Assembly (NCBI RefSeq): GCF_018977255.1
Contig: NW_024704742.1
Location: 84,570,001-84,634,000, forward strand
Origin: Callorhinchus milii
Lineage: Eukaryota
DNA length: 64,000 nucleotides
Reading direction: 5' to 3'
A program made the translations under genes and the position numbers. Each line of letters begins with the position of its first letter. The first letter of the stretch is position 1. Below are positions 1-12,230 of this stretch, one piece after another. The notes beneath the pieces are model-generated. The model had not been told where the DNA came from, made no database searches, and saw only the letters and a program-made list of their open reading frames with translations.

Positions 1-1259
1 CAGAGGCAAAAGGTTAGTAACTGAGCCAAGTTGACACCTATGATCTTTCTTGAGTCCAGCTCAAGTCTCCTCCTCGCTTAGGTCAATTGGTGACTAATAT
101 ATATTCTATTTTTTTCACCAAAGAATTTGGCGCACCATATATGACTTAGCAGTGACATAGTATTCAGTAACATGGCCACACATACTCACAATTGCTCTTC
201 AAAGTTTTGTTTTATCTCATTATAATTAATCTCTCTGCTATGTGAGTAAGGATTAATTGGGAGCTTCAAATAGTCCATTTATCAAGTAACATCCTGTTTG
301 GGTTACTTGGCGACAGGTTACTCAAGCTTCATGTTAATATTTCTGTCATATCACAAAATGAAGTAAGGCTTTCATAACTGGTAACACCAGACACGTTGAG
401 ATTGTTTGATCAATTAGAAATCAATTGCAGCAGCAGAAGATCCCAGCAGTGGGCAGTTGGGCTAAGTCACACAATTAAGCTTTTTTTCTTCCCTCTAGAG
501 ATCAGTCAAGTGAAGAGGTTCAGATCCCAAGTATAAACTACTTCTAGGTGATTTCTCCAGTTATGTTCCCAGGATTTCAGTCAAGGCAGGAATGGCTTGG
601 GATGTGTGGGGCAAAAGTAACCTATTTTGCTCTGCATAGTTATGACAAGGGCCAAACGGAGCTCACTCTGGGAGGACAAAGCAAGTCCAGTTAAAGACCA
701 GGACTAATGAGTTAATGGAAGTCAGCAGTCTATTTCGGAAAGAACTAGTCTCAGTGTGCATCACTACCATACATGGGATTCAAGGAGAAGGACGTGGGGG
801 GTTGAGAGTGAGCTATTTGTTTGCTATTACTCATTTGGTTATGGTTTGCTTTGGTTTATGTGTGAATAAAACACATATTTGTGTTCCCAAAGTATCTTTA
901 TTTGCTTGTTTATAGCTGCAAAGCACTGTCTTCTCTCATCGTGATGCTTAAAGTTGCATTTATTAGAATCAGTGATAGCGTTCATTGTGGTGCACCGCAC
1001 AGACAGGTGCAAAATAATTAATTTTACAGACAGTTTCTGAAACAAGTGATACCTTGGGCTTGGTTTTGTTTGGGGGCAACTTACATTTGGTGACAACCAA
1101 CCAAGAGCAATGCTACAATCAAGAGTTGAGATATCAAGGGTGATAATTATCACATCACACAGGTCATGCTTAACAACAACAACTTGCATTTATATAGCGC
1201 CTTTCACACGGGGTAGCATCCCTGAGCCTGATGATGGGGAAAGATGGGGAAGGGGAAGA

Positions 1260-1571
1260 CAATAATAATAATAATCCTTGCATTTGATATAGCGCTTTTC
1301 GTCAGGAGGATGTCCCAAAGCGCTTCACAGAATATACTGTAAAGTGAATTGACTGCATATTTGTGGGCGAACGCGGCAGCCAATTGCGCACAGCAATGTC
1401 CCACAAACAGTCGTAGATTGAAAATGACCAATTTATTATTTTTTGTTTTGGAGGGATTATTATTAGGTGTGTGGAGTAAGGAAACTTGCCCAAGGTTTCG
1501 CCCTGCCTGGAATTGAACTCGGGTCTCTCGCTTGCAAAGCGAGTGCTCTAACCACTGAGCTACAGGACTCC
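1260..1571 (-). mobile_element. tRNA-derived SINE, family A (full length)
   Basis: Head GGAGTCCTGTAGCTCAGTGGTTAGAGCA (A box)...GAGTTCAATTCC (B box), anticodon arm CTCGC-TTTGCAA-GCGAG; L2-type tail and (ATT)n. Confidence 0.92.
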
Positions 1572-2054
1572 ACAGGACAAGGCGGAGGGATAGAGGAAGA
1601 GTGTTCTAGAGTTTGGGGGCAGGGTAGTTGAAAGCGCAGCCACCAATGGTGGAACATAGGTCGCAAGGGACATGCAGGAGGCCGGAGACAGTCAATGTTT
1701 ATCCCTGCTGTGTTAATCTTCTGGGGAGGCGATTTGTCACACTGCTGAAAAGCATCTTTGTGCCAGAGTTCACCAGGGAAGAGAAAACAAGAGAGGGGAA
1801 TGTATTCAATAGATGTTTATTTTTTGTAATAGCTTTTGTACATAGTTCCACCCATTAAATAAATATTTCCCCAGCTACCAGGCTTCTCACACAAGTCTTT
1901 TCTAGCCTACAACATTATCAGAAAAAAAACTCAGTACACGCAGTCAGTCATTCCCTGTCACTCCAGCCTGTAACCTGCAAGACTGAAAGTTCAAATGTAA
2001 ATAAATCAGTAAATTTTATATTTCATTTTAAAAGTTGCGATGGGAGAGGAGGGG

Positions 2055-2232
2055 ATGCAGAATCCATATTAGCTTTCAAAAGGGAAATGGATAAATATCT
2101 AAAAAGGAGTTAGCTACAAGGACATGGGAAAAGGGCAGGTAAATGGGACTGAAAGGTTTGCTCTTTAAAACAGCCAGCACATGATGGGTCAAATGGCCTT
2201 CTTCTGTGCTGTAAATTCCTATGGTTCTATAT
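2055..2232 (+). mobile_element. CR1 3' end fragment
   Basis: gatgggtcaaatggccttcttctgtgctgtaaattcctatggttctat tail. Confidence 0.7.
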
Positions 2233-2256
2233 TCTACCTAAAGTTAAAACTGTGTA

Positions 2257-2640
2257 ACAACAACAACAAATTACATTTGTGTAGCCACTTTCACGTCGGG
2301 AAGCTGTCCCAAGGTGTTGGACAGTCAGACACTCAATATGGGGGTTAGGATCAAGAGGGGTGGAGGGCAGGGGGGGCCAGGGGTGGAAGGGTGAGCAAAG
2401 GCCCGATCGAAGAGGAAGGTATTGAGACGGTCCTTGAAGGAGGTAAGGGAATGAATGAGGCAAAGGGACTGTGGGATGGAGTTCCAAAGGGTGGGGGCAG
2501 AGAGGCTGAAGGCTTAACCGCTAATGGTGGGGTGTGTGGGGGACATGGAGCAGGCCAGAGCCCACTGAGTGGAGGGAGTGGACGGGTCTATGTGGAGTTA
2601 GCAGGTCACAGAGGTAGGGAGCATAGCCACGGAGGGCTTT
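2257..2640 (-). mobile_element. Older L2 3' fragment
   Basis: Reverse complement of L2 tail (caacaacaa...ttcacgtcgggaagctgtcccaagg) and of the upstream coding remnant. Confidence 0.8.
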
Positions 2641-3717
2641 GAGGCTAACAGGCAATGTTTTACGTTTGTTTACACAGGAAAGTTTCAAAGTGACCCCAAT
2701 TCAATGACATTCACATTTAAGCATGACTGTATGCCAAGAAGAGAATTTCGAACAAAAAAAAACTCAGTCATGAAGCAACTAAACTTTTAAATAAACAGTG
2801 GGGGAGTGCCACAGCTGAAACACAGCCAAGGATTTGTGAAGGGATTTAGATATACACCTGATAGACAATGCTCAACAATGCAATGAATTGCATACAGGGA
2901 GAGAAAACATTGGGTGTACGTGTGCAATGAATGGAATCAAATAATAGCATAAACACTTAGAAAGTTAGCCACTTAGAAACAGTAGTCACACCAATTTCAA
3001 TGTCTAAATGCTCCAAGACCCCACCCCATGTGAAGGGCACTATATAAATTCAAGTTGTTGTTGTTGTCCAGACATTGTGGTAAAGCAATCAAAACACTCC
3101 TAGATTGTTACAAAAAAGTCATGATATCTACCCTATTATCTAAAAATAATCTCTTAAGACGTATTAGACATTGTAACAGTAACACAACTTTTTGGTCACC
3201 CTGTATATAGCCAGAACAGGAGGATATTACTCAACAGAAGGCAAGTTGAGACAACTCACATTCAATTCACACTTGGCCTTACATTCAAATTATTTTGCTC
3301 AATTTAGTCTCAACCTTGAAAAATTAGGGTTTAACATTTGCAGTAGTTTCTTAATCCGTTCCTTACTACTTAGTACAAGGAAAAGGTTAAAGAATACTCC
3401 CATTTGTTTCCTCAGGGAATATCCAATTTAAAACTCCTTGTTTGGAATGACAAATTGTTCCAATTGGCCTACACCAGGAAGCCAATTATAAAATCAGTTT
3501 CCGTTTGGGGGGGAGAAACAATCCATGTGAAAACCAGCTGCATGACAACAGAGCCCAAGGGAATCACATTTTGAACACGTTAGTGTTGGTCAAGGAACAG
3601 CAGTGCTACTTAAGTAACAGGAACATGCCTCAACCTCCCCGCCTTGCCCATCTTCAGATCACACCTGAAGGCTTTTCTCTCCTGCCTTGCCTACAGTCTC
3701 CTCCCCTCACACCCTGC

Positions 3718-4912
3718 TTTTGTCTCGACGAATGGCTTCTCCTCCACCCCCCGCACTGTCTCATGTGGTGTCCCTCAGGGCTCTGTCCTTGGTCCCCTCC
3801 TCTTCACCCTCTATACGCTCCCCCTCGGTGACATCATCCGCAGACATGGAGTTAACTTCCACATGTATGCGGATGACACCCAACTCTACCTTTCCTCCTC
3901 TACTCTCAACTCCACGACCACCGATGTCCTGACAGCTGCCTGTCCGACATCGAGTCCTGGATGAGAGACAACTTTCTTCAGCTCAACGTGCGAAAAACCG
4001 AGGCCCTCCTGATTGGCTCACGTCAGCGCCTCCGCACCTCAGGTGCTGACACCATCAGCATCCAAGGATGCACTCTCCACCTCTCAAAGCCAGTCAGGAA
4101 CCTTGGCGTTTTGTTCGACCCTGAGCTGTCCTTTCTCCCTCACATCCGCACCACAACTGGCACCGCCTTCCATCACCTCCGGAACATCGCCAGACTACGG
4201 CACTACCTCACCCCTCACGCTGCTGAAACCCTAGTTCACGCCTTCGTCACCTCAAGGCTGGACTATGGGAACTCTCTCCTCGCCGGCCTTCCCGCCACCT
4301 CCCTCCACAAGCTGCAGATCATTCAAAACTCTGCAGCTCGTGTACTGTCCCGCACCAGGCTTCGGGACCACATCACTCCCACCCTCGCTCGCCTCCACTG
4401 GCTCCCCATCCCCCAGAGGATTGATTTCAAGATCCTCATCCTCACCTACAAGGCCATTCACGGCCTTGCTCCCTCCTACCTCTCCGACCTACTATCCCCC
4501 TACCTACCTGCCCGTACCCTCCGTTCCTCTGGCTCCGGTCTGCTCCACGTCCCCCGCCCCAACCGCCCTACCATCGGTGGTCGGGCCTTCAGCCTCTCAG
4601 CCCCCAGGCTCTGGAACTCCATCCCCCAGTGCCTTCGCCTTGCTTCCTCCCTTTCCTCCTTCAAGGCCGGTCTCAAAACCTTTCTCTTTGACCGAGCCTT
4701 CAGCTCCCCTCTCGACTCTCTTCCCCCTCCTCGCTCCCTCCCTTCCCTCCCCTCACCCTGACCATTTCCCCCCTCCTCGCTCCCTCCCTTCCCTCCCCTC
4801 ACCCTGACCATTTCCCCCCTGCTCGGGTCATGACCCAACTGTGCAGCGCCTTGGGACGTCCACCTGACGTGAAAGGCGCTTTATAAATGGAATCTTCTTG
4901 TTGTTGTTGTTG
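3718..4912 (+). mobile_element. Young L2-clade LINE, 5'-truncated (RT C-half plus 3' tail), inserted into an older L2 3' remnant
   Basis: [34 protein letters not shown] motifs; stem-loop tail and (TTG)n; TGCTT on both flanks (3715-3719, 4911-4915); older L2-like sequence at ~3625-3715 and ~4916-5000. Confidence 0.93.
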
Positions 4913-6394
4913 CTTAGCGTCAAGCTCTATCACTGTTCAGCATTCAAAGGCGCTACCCCACTTGAAAGGCACTATATAAATGCAAGTTGTTGTTTTGTTG
5001 TGGTGCTGTTTCTTAACCCATTCCATGTGTTAATCAAAATAAGGAATATGTTAAGAAAGCACTACACACAGTACCCCTATATTTCGAGTTATTATTAGCA
5101 AAAAGAACATTCTGAAAACACAGGGCAATATTTCTTTATTTCAAAGAACGAAAATTATTTGGAATCATTCATTGAACAAGGTAATTGAGGCAAACCATTT
5201 GGGGTATTCCAAGTAGTTTACAATTGGATATTAAGATGGGAGAGTTAATGCATTGGAACCCTCTGGCCAGTTATGATGTATGGGCTTTCCTCACCTTTGA
5301 CTTTTCTTATCATCCCACCTTCACCTACAGCAGCTTAACTTGATTCTATTCTAAATAGGGAAGTTTACTAAGCCACGTACTGAGCACACAGACATGACTC
5401 AGTGTTTTGTACACTACACCCCCGAAGCAGTTTAATGCAGGCAGATAATTTCCTTTGGAGCTGCCAATGTCTTTCTGTCTCCCCAAGTGCTTCTCAGCTC
5501 ACTAATAACAAACAAATAGGGTTCCTCCCAGTTTCTTTCACATAAGCCTCAGGCAAACCAAAAACGTAATCTGTCCATCTCCTTGTAACAGAAAATGGCG
5601 ACTTTATTTGCTGCCCTGAACTGCACCCTCACATTATGACCCTTTAAAGTTACACCTTCAGGCTGACACAATCATCTAAAGACAGCAACAGATAGATTTA
5701 GTTGACAACTGTTAACTCAAGCTCCGTTCAAAGTAGATTGGGTTTAGGACTCACCATAAATCGTGATGGGGCAGGGAAATGGATGAACTGGGTAACCTGA
5801 GTGAGGACAGATCTTAGCCATGCATTCATGGCACATACTCGGGATCATTACTCTGAAATTCTGTACATTGTCCAATGCCTTGGGACGTCCTCCTGCTATG
5901 AAAGGGCGCTATACAAATATAATCTTGTTGTTGTTCTTGTTGATTACTGAAATATTTTCCGAAGAAGAATTTGAACGCAGAACTGGGAGCAATTGCTCCC
6001 TTTAAGAGAGGGGTACTGGAGAAAGCTTTCCCATTCTTGATGATGACTATTTTTGCATTTAATATAGTGCCTATAATGTAGAAATGTCTCAAAGCTCTTC
6101 ACAGCGAATTGCTGTCAAGTGTGTAGGTTTTGGCAGTTATTTGTACACACAGCAAGGTCCCACAGACAGCCATGAGGTGAATTATCAGTTTATCTTGGGG
6201 ATTATTAGTCAGTATATTAGACAAACTCCATTCTCTCCCATCTGTACAGGCAGATGTCACCTCAGTTTAACATCCCACTTGAAGGATGGCACTTTGGACA
6301 ATGCAGAGCTCCCCCAGCACTAAAGTAGAATGACACCCTGGATTGAAATAAAATGTTCACAGGACAAACATTTTGAATAAACAGTTTCTGCTGG

Positions 6395-6570
6395 CAAAAC
6401 AGAAAATGCTACAGATGCTGGAAATCTGAAACAAAAACAGAAGTTGCTGGGAACACTCAGCAGGTCAAGCAGCATCTGTGGAGAAAGGAAAGTGAGTCAA
6501 CATTTCGGGTCCACGACCCTTTGTCAGAACTGGGGCATGTTGAGAGGAAGAGGCTTTTAAGGGCTAACAG
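6395..6570 (-). mobile_element. Penelope-like element terminal fragment with a degenerate minimal hammerhead core
   Basis: Minus strand AGTT-CTGACAA-A-GGGTC-GTG-GACCC-GAAA-TGTT-GACT; homologous to 26483-26606. Confidence 0.65.
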
Positions 6571-8467
6571 AGCAAGGTGGCAGGGCAAGGAAGACAAAGG
6601 TGAAAATGGGATAGAGGACAGGGGATGATGGGTTAAAGAGATGTTAATGATGCAAAACAAAGGGGGGATTGCAGCAAAACAAGTGAATAGAGGTATTATT
6701 AATACAAACAAAGGCAGGGGAGTGGGCGGGGGGAAATTGCAACAAAACAGGCATACCAGAGAGAGAAAAGGTGTGTCTGGGACCCAGATGATAAGATTGT
6801 GCAACATTCTGCAAAATAATCTTCAATTCAGTCGTAATTTTGAGGCTGGTTTTCCACAGTTGCTATTTCCGTCCCTTTTTATAAACTGAAAAACCGGCTT
6901 CCAAATTAAGTCTGAATTTAAGATTGTTTTGTACAATCAGTAGGCGAACTTTCAACCATACTGCCCCACCTCTCTAGAGCTCCACCTGAAGTCCCTCCTC
7001 TTCCCCATCTTCCCAAATCACCTTAAGATCTATCTTCTCAACTGCACTTTCAGCCACCTCCCCCCATTTGGGCTCCCAGTCACTTGGGTAGAGCGTCTTA
7101 AGAAGTTCTCCCAGCTTGAAAGGCGCAATACAAATGTAAATTATTGTTGTTGAATTTAAAAGTAAAATATGGGTAATCTTAAATCTGAAGACTGGTCTCT
7201 AGGTTGACGGCATGCGAGTTGTGAATCTGTAGTCTTATTTTGGCTTCTCTTCCCACACTTAGCTCCCAGCTCCCTCACTCCTGGTAATTTCCATCTACTT
7301 TGATGAGGATGAGTGACAACAGGCCCGAGTACTGGAACATAATTCAGCTTCATTGTAAAGTTCTGTTGGCTCTTTAGCTTCAGAGTTGGAATTCAATGCA
7401 GATAGTCTTTAACATGAATCAGTCAAGTTCTAACAGCTCCCAAAAGGCTGCTAATATCTCCAGCAGTGTACATAGTAGTCTCCATATGGTTGCTTCAGCT
7501 GCGTAGCTCACTCCCAACATTAATTTTTTCAGACACGATTGTGTATTTTGATCCTGTGACATGGAAGGCAAGAAATATCTGGATTTTTTTTAACAAAAAA
7601 CACTTTTGCCAAAAACACATAACTTACAAAGCAACCAAACCACATACTACAGGGCTACAAATAAAGAATGTGATGTGATTTCACTTCTGTCAGCCAACCC
7701 CTACCCTGGAGAGAGTATTCAGCCTCTTGCTGTTTTTGTCTCTCTCTCTCTCAAATAAAACTATTTTGATTGACAGTAGAACATTGTACAGGAATAGAAA
7801 AGTCCGAGGGGTCCAGTTTAACCCTTTATCTAAAGGGCAGCACCTCCAACAATCGTGCTATATCAAATGCAAGGAATTTATCTTATTTAGTCAAACCAAT
7901 GAGCTCTATACTGTAGTTATTAAACACCCAGAGAACAACACTGTCATTCAATTCTCCTGTTCCTGTAACTCCTTCAGTGTTGCAACAATCGAATATATTT
8001 TCGCCCACTGACATTTCAATGTAGATGAACTTTTTTTAACAATAATGCAGCAATAATAATAAAATAATATATTTTACAGATTCAGTCTGCCGAAAAGCTT
8101 CATGCTGCTTTTCAGACAAATAGGCACAGTTCCAAACGTTTCTTCAAGTGGTTGGAATGCCAGAGGTTCCTGTGGTGTCATAGGAAAAGCTTCCTGTGAG
8201 AGTTCAACCCTAGGTTCTGTATTGCAGGGTTAGAAATATCCACAGTCTTATGATGGATTGTAAATAAATCCTCCATAATCCCATAAATATAAATAATTTA
8301 CAGTTTTCTCCAACGCTACAATCCACATCTGTTATTGTCAGCTCCATCGCCTACCTAGGTTATAGATATGTCCATGTGGGTCCTATAACTCTATCGGTGT
8401 TTTTTCTTGCAAAAATTCTTCACCACGTAAACTGATTTTTACCCAGTTAGCAGAGTTACTTAAGTTG

Positions 8468-8880
8468 TCAGCCTGGCTCAGTCAGTAGCACTCTTGCCTC
8501 TCAGTCACAACGTGGTGGTTCAACCCCCACATCAGGACTTGGAACTCAGATAGTCTAAGCTGACACTCCAGTGCGATACTGGGGTGTCGTCTTTAGGAAT
8601 GAGATGTTAAATAGAGGTCCTATCTGCCTATTCAGGTGGACATTAATGATCCTATGGCACTACCTGAAAAGAGAAGGGAGTTTCTCTCGATATCCTGGCT
8701 TACAATCTTATCAATAAAATGGGGCCTTCACTGGCTGTTTATGGGACATTGCTGTATGCAGATTGGCTACCACAATCACTCATTAAACACACAGTTACTG
8801 TACTTTACAGTAAATTCTGTGAAGCATTTTGGAACGTCCTCCTGACGCGAAAGGCACTGTAACAAATGTAATGTTTTTTT
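8468..8880 (+). mobile_element. Older tRNA-derived Deu-domain SINE, family B (SacSINE1/AmnSINE1-like)
   Basis: gctgacactccagtgc...gagatgttaaa...tctgcctattcaggtggacatt...gatcctatggcacta...gagaagggagtttctc, resembling the Deu domain as I recall it; L2-type tail. Confidence 0.8.
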
Positions 8881-11589
8881 TTATTTGTTTTTCTCACTAG
8901 GTCTGATATCTCTGTGGGTGTTGACAAAAGAGACTGTTACAGCACAGAAACAGACATGAAAATTAAATCGCCTTTTAATTATTTCTCTGATCACTTCATG
9001 TTTGTGCCTTACAATGCACCAGCACTTCACAAAACATGGTGCAAAATTTCTGTTGTATTACAGAAAAATATTTTTTTTCCGATTTCTCTCAAATAGCTTA
9101 ACAATATACCAAGGAATTTCCTTATGAGCAGGCTTTGGATTCCTTTCCTCGGGACATCAGAAAACTCAAGCCGTGTACAATAGCACCTAGTTAAAGGTCG
9201 CTTCCGAATTCATTAAAACACAGAAAATAACCTCTTCTGATGGGTCACACACATGGTTAGGAATTCAGTCGTTATCCCCTGTCATCTGTCTCTAAGTCCA
9301 GTCTCTTTTATCAGGAATGCCTTTGAAACTTCTACCCACTTCGGCTGCTAAATCATGTCAGTCTATTGATCCAGTAAACACCCATGCATTAAAGTACATT
9401 TGTAACATTCATTGGGCAATAATGTATTGAACAATAGATGGGCTGAGATGAATTGCAGATGTGCAGGCCGCACAGGGCTGGTGTTAGAGCCAGTCATCAC
9501 TTGCGCAGGGACACACAACCCCAAACTAGCCGAGGTATCCCCAAGGGCTGTAATCCATCCTGTGACCATCTGTTATTTTGTAAAATTCAAATTCCTTTTC
9601 CCCTTTGTGTCCATCAATGAAAAATGTTTGGAGTCTACAAAAGGACGACTTAATAGTACAGGTAAGGGGGCAATTATTAACAAAATACTGGCACCGAAGA
9701 CATCTGACATCAGTGGATTCACCCTGGTTGAACATTTGACCTAGTCTCTGAGCTATCAGATCGAGCAAGTGGTTGTGGTGAAAACTTACAAGAAGATCCA
9801 AATACACAAATTGACCACTGTGGGCTGAACAGATTAAGTATTTTTCAAATCCACCAAGAAATATTGCATTTTTTATGAAGACGTGAGCTTGCACACACAC
9901 CCTTCCCTAAGTCATCACAGTGGCACAATGATCTAGCCCAAAGCATTTTGGATTTGTCCCACCAACAGTGAGGTGAGTGACCAATTTTTTTTTACTGGGG
10001 TGGGGGGGATTATTGGTCAGAAGAAGGCATGGATTTCGGGCCTTTTAGGCAAGTCTTCCCGGGAAAACCTACAGTACATAAAAGAAAACAACCAAGAGCC
10101 CAGTATGGGGTCTAACATTTACAAAATAAAGTCGCTCTTGCCTCAGAATCACAAGATGGTGCACCACAGCCCTAAAAGGAACAAAACACTTACCTGGAGA
10201 TGGGCCGCCACCTGCTGATGGTTCTTTAAATAAGTTAAGGAACACTTTAATACACTTTAATGCCCACATTGCCCACATTGCATTCTTCACCCCTGGATTG
10301 TTGTTTTGGAAACCACAGAGGAATAAAGCACCCGGAGTAAAACAAATAATTGAATAATGGAGTAATTGGGGGGAGGGGGGGCCTTACATAAGAACAGGAG
10401 TAGGCCATTCAGGGTCTTGAGCCTGTTCCTCCATTCTATTAGATCATGGCTGATCTGTACCTCAACTCCATTTACCAACCTTTGCTCCAATAGTGTAGAA
10501 ACCTAGAACTAAAGGGGAAGAGACTTAAAATTAATAAGTCTTAAGCAAATAAAGGATAAGAATCATGTCTTTTACTTTCCCCGCCCGCCCCCCCCACCAT
10601 GCACGGATATAATAATAACAATCCTTGCATTTGGTATAGCACCATTTGCATCAGGATGTTCCAAAGCGCTTCATAGGATTTATTGTGAAGTGGAGTGACT
10701 GTGTATTAGTGGGCGAACACGGCAGCCCAATTGCGCACATCAATGTCCCACAAACAGCCATGAAATGTCAAACAGATTCTTATCCTATCATTTTCCTATG
10801 TTTTACTACCAAACAAATGATCCTACCAGTAATGAATACTCTATAAAGTATAGGGTTTAACAGGACTGACATTAATCATTCTTATCTTTATTACCATTTC
10901 TTCTGTGTAATTTAGAACAATTTTTGCTTTCTCAATAGAACTGATACATACATTAAACTTGAAGCAGCAAATCTAACGTTTGAATTTCTTTACAGGCATG
11001 CTTTAGATTCTTTTGCTCAGTATGTCAGAACACTCCTCAAACAATAGTAGAATAGCACCTAATTAATACAAGGTCATTTTTGAAATCATTCATTTACAGC
11101 AAATAAATTCCTCTGGAGGGTCATATGCTTAGCAATTCAATTGCCAGCTCCTGTCATCTTGTCTCTACTTCCAATCTACTTAATGAGGAATTCCTTTAAA
11201 CTTCTAACTACCCGCAAATGTATACTGATATGAGGCAAGGCTCACAGAGCTGAACGAGTTCTTGGAATGATTGAGAGGGTACATGAGCCAGATCTCTAAA
11301 ATAACCATGGGCATATATGAACTAAATATAAGAAAGCTTATGGCCATGAGAGCAACGAGAGGGGGTAGTTTCAAAATGAATAAACCTTAAGCAGATTGTC
11401 AATGCGAATTGTGCCTCGTTCTCTCTCTTTCCCCACCAAATCACGGATATGTCAAGAAGATTCCCAACAAAACGCAATTGATGCTGGGCAAGCGTGTGCA
11501 TGAGTGATAATAATATGATGATAGGTGCAGAGTGAGATGAACACATTGGTAGAAAAAAAAATCCATCTACAACATAGATGCTAGGAACC

Positions 11590-12230
11590 TAGCAAACATA
11601 GAGGAGCGAAGGGATCTAGGGATTCAGATCCACAAATCTCTAAAAGTAGCAACACAGGTTAATAAGGCCAAAAAAGGTACCAATGGGGTCCTAAGCATTA
11701 TATTCAGAGGGATAGAGTATACAAGTGAGGAGGTGATGTTGAATTTATTTACTACCTTGGTTAGACCACATTTCGAGTACTGTGTTCATTTATGGTCTCC
11801 ACGCTACAGGAAAGATAGAACAGTAACGGAGAGACACTGGCATTGCTTTACTAGGATGATACCAGGGCTGGCAGGTTACAGTTTCAGGATAGGCTGGATA
11901 GGTTAAGCCTTTGTTCACTTCAGAAGCGATATTTAAAAGGGGAGATGCGCTTAAAATTATAAAAGGTCCAATATGTTTAGCATAAATAGATTGCTCGGAC
12001 TTGTTGGGGAGTCAATATAAGGTAGCAACAAGAAGGTAGTCAGAATAGAACTCACTGCCTGAAGCAGTAGTTGAAACAGATAATGTAGAGACATTTAAGA
12101 GGAAGTTAGATATACACTTGAGGGAGAAGGGAATATAAGGGTATGGAAGAGAGTGGAGGCTCATGGAGTATAAACACCAGCACAAATTGGTTGGGTCAAA
12201 CAACCTGTTTCTGTGCTGTACTTTCTATAT
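11590..12230 (+). mobile_element. Degraded CR1 3' fragment
   Basis: E-RDLGI, LVRPHFEYCVHLWSP-YRKD remnant and CR1-type 3' UTR. Confidence 0.8.

Noticed and set aside
1495..1571. tRNA-Ala gene (also ~17700-17772, 21645-21718, 26629-26700, 51825-51899, 61395-61468)
   Set aside because: Each is attached to a SINE body and L2-type tail, so these are SINE heads rather than standalone tRNA genes.
4723..4815. 46-bp tandem duplication in the L2 3' region (also a 25-bp one at ~53330-53380)
   Set aside because: Copy-specific slippage in low-complexity repeat sequence; no sign of function.
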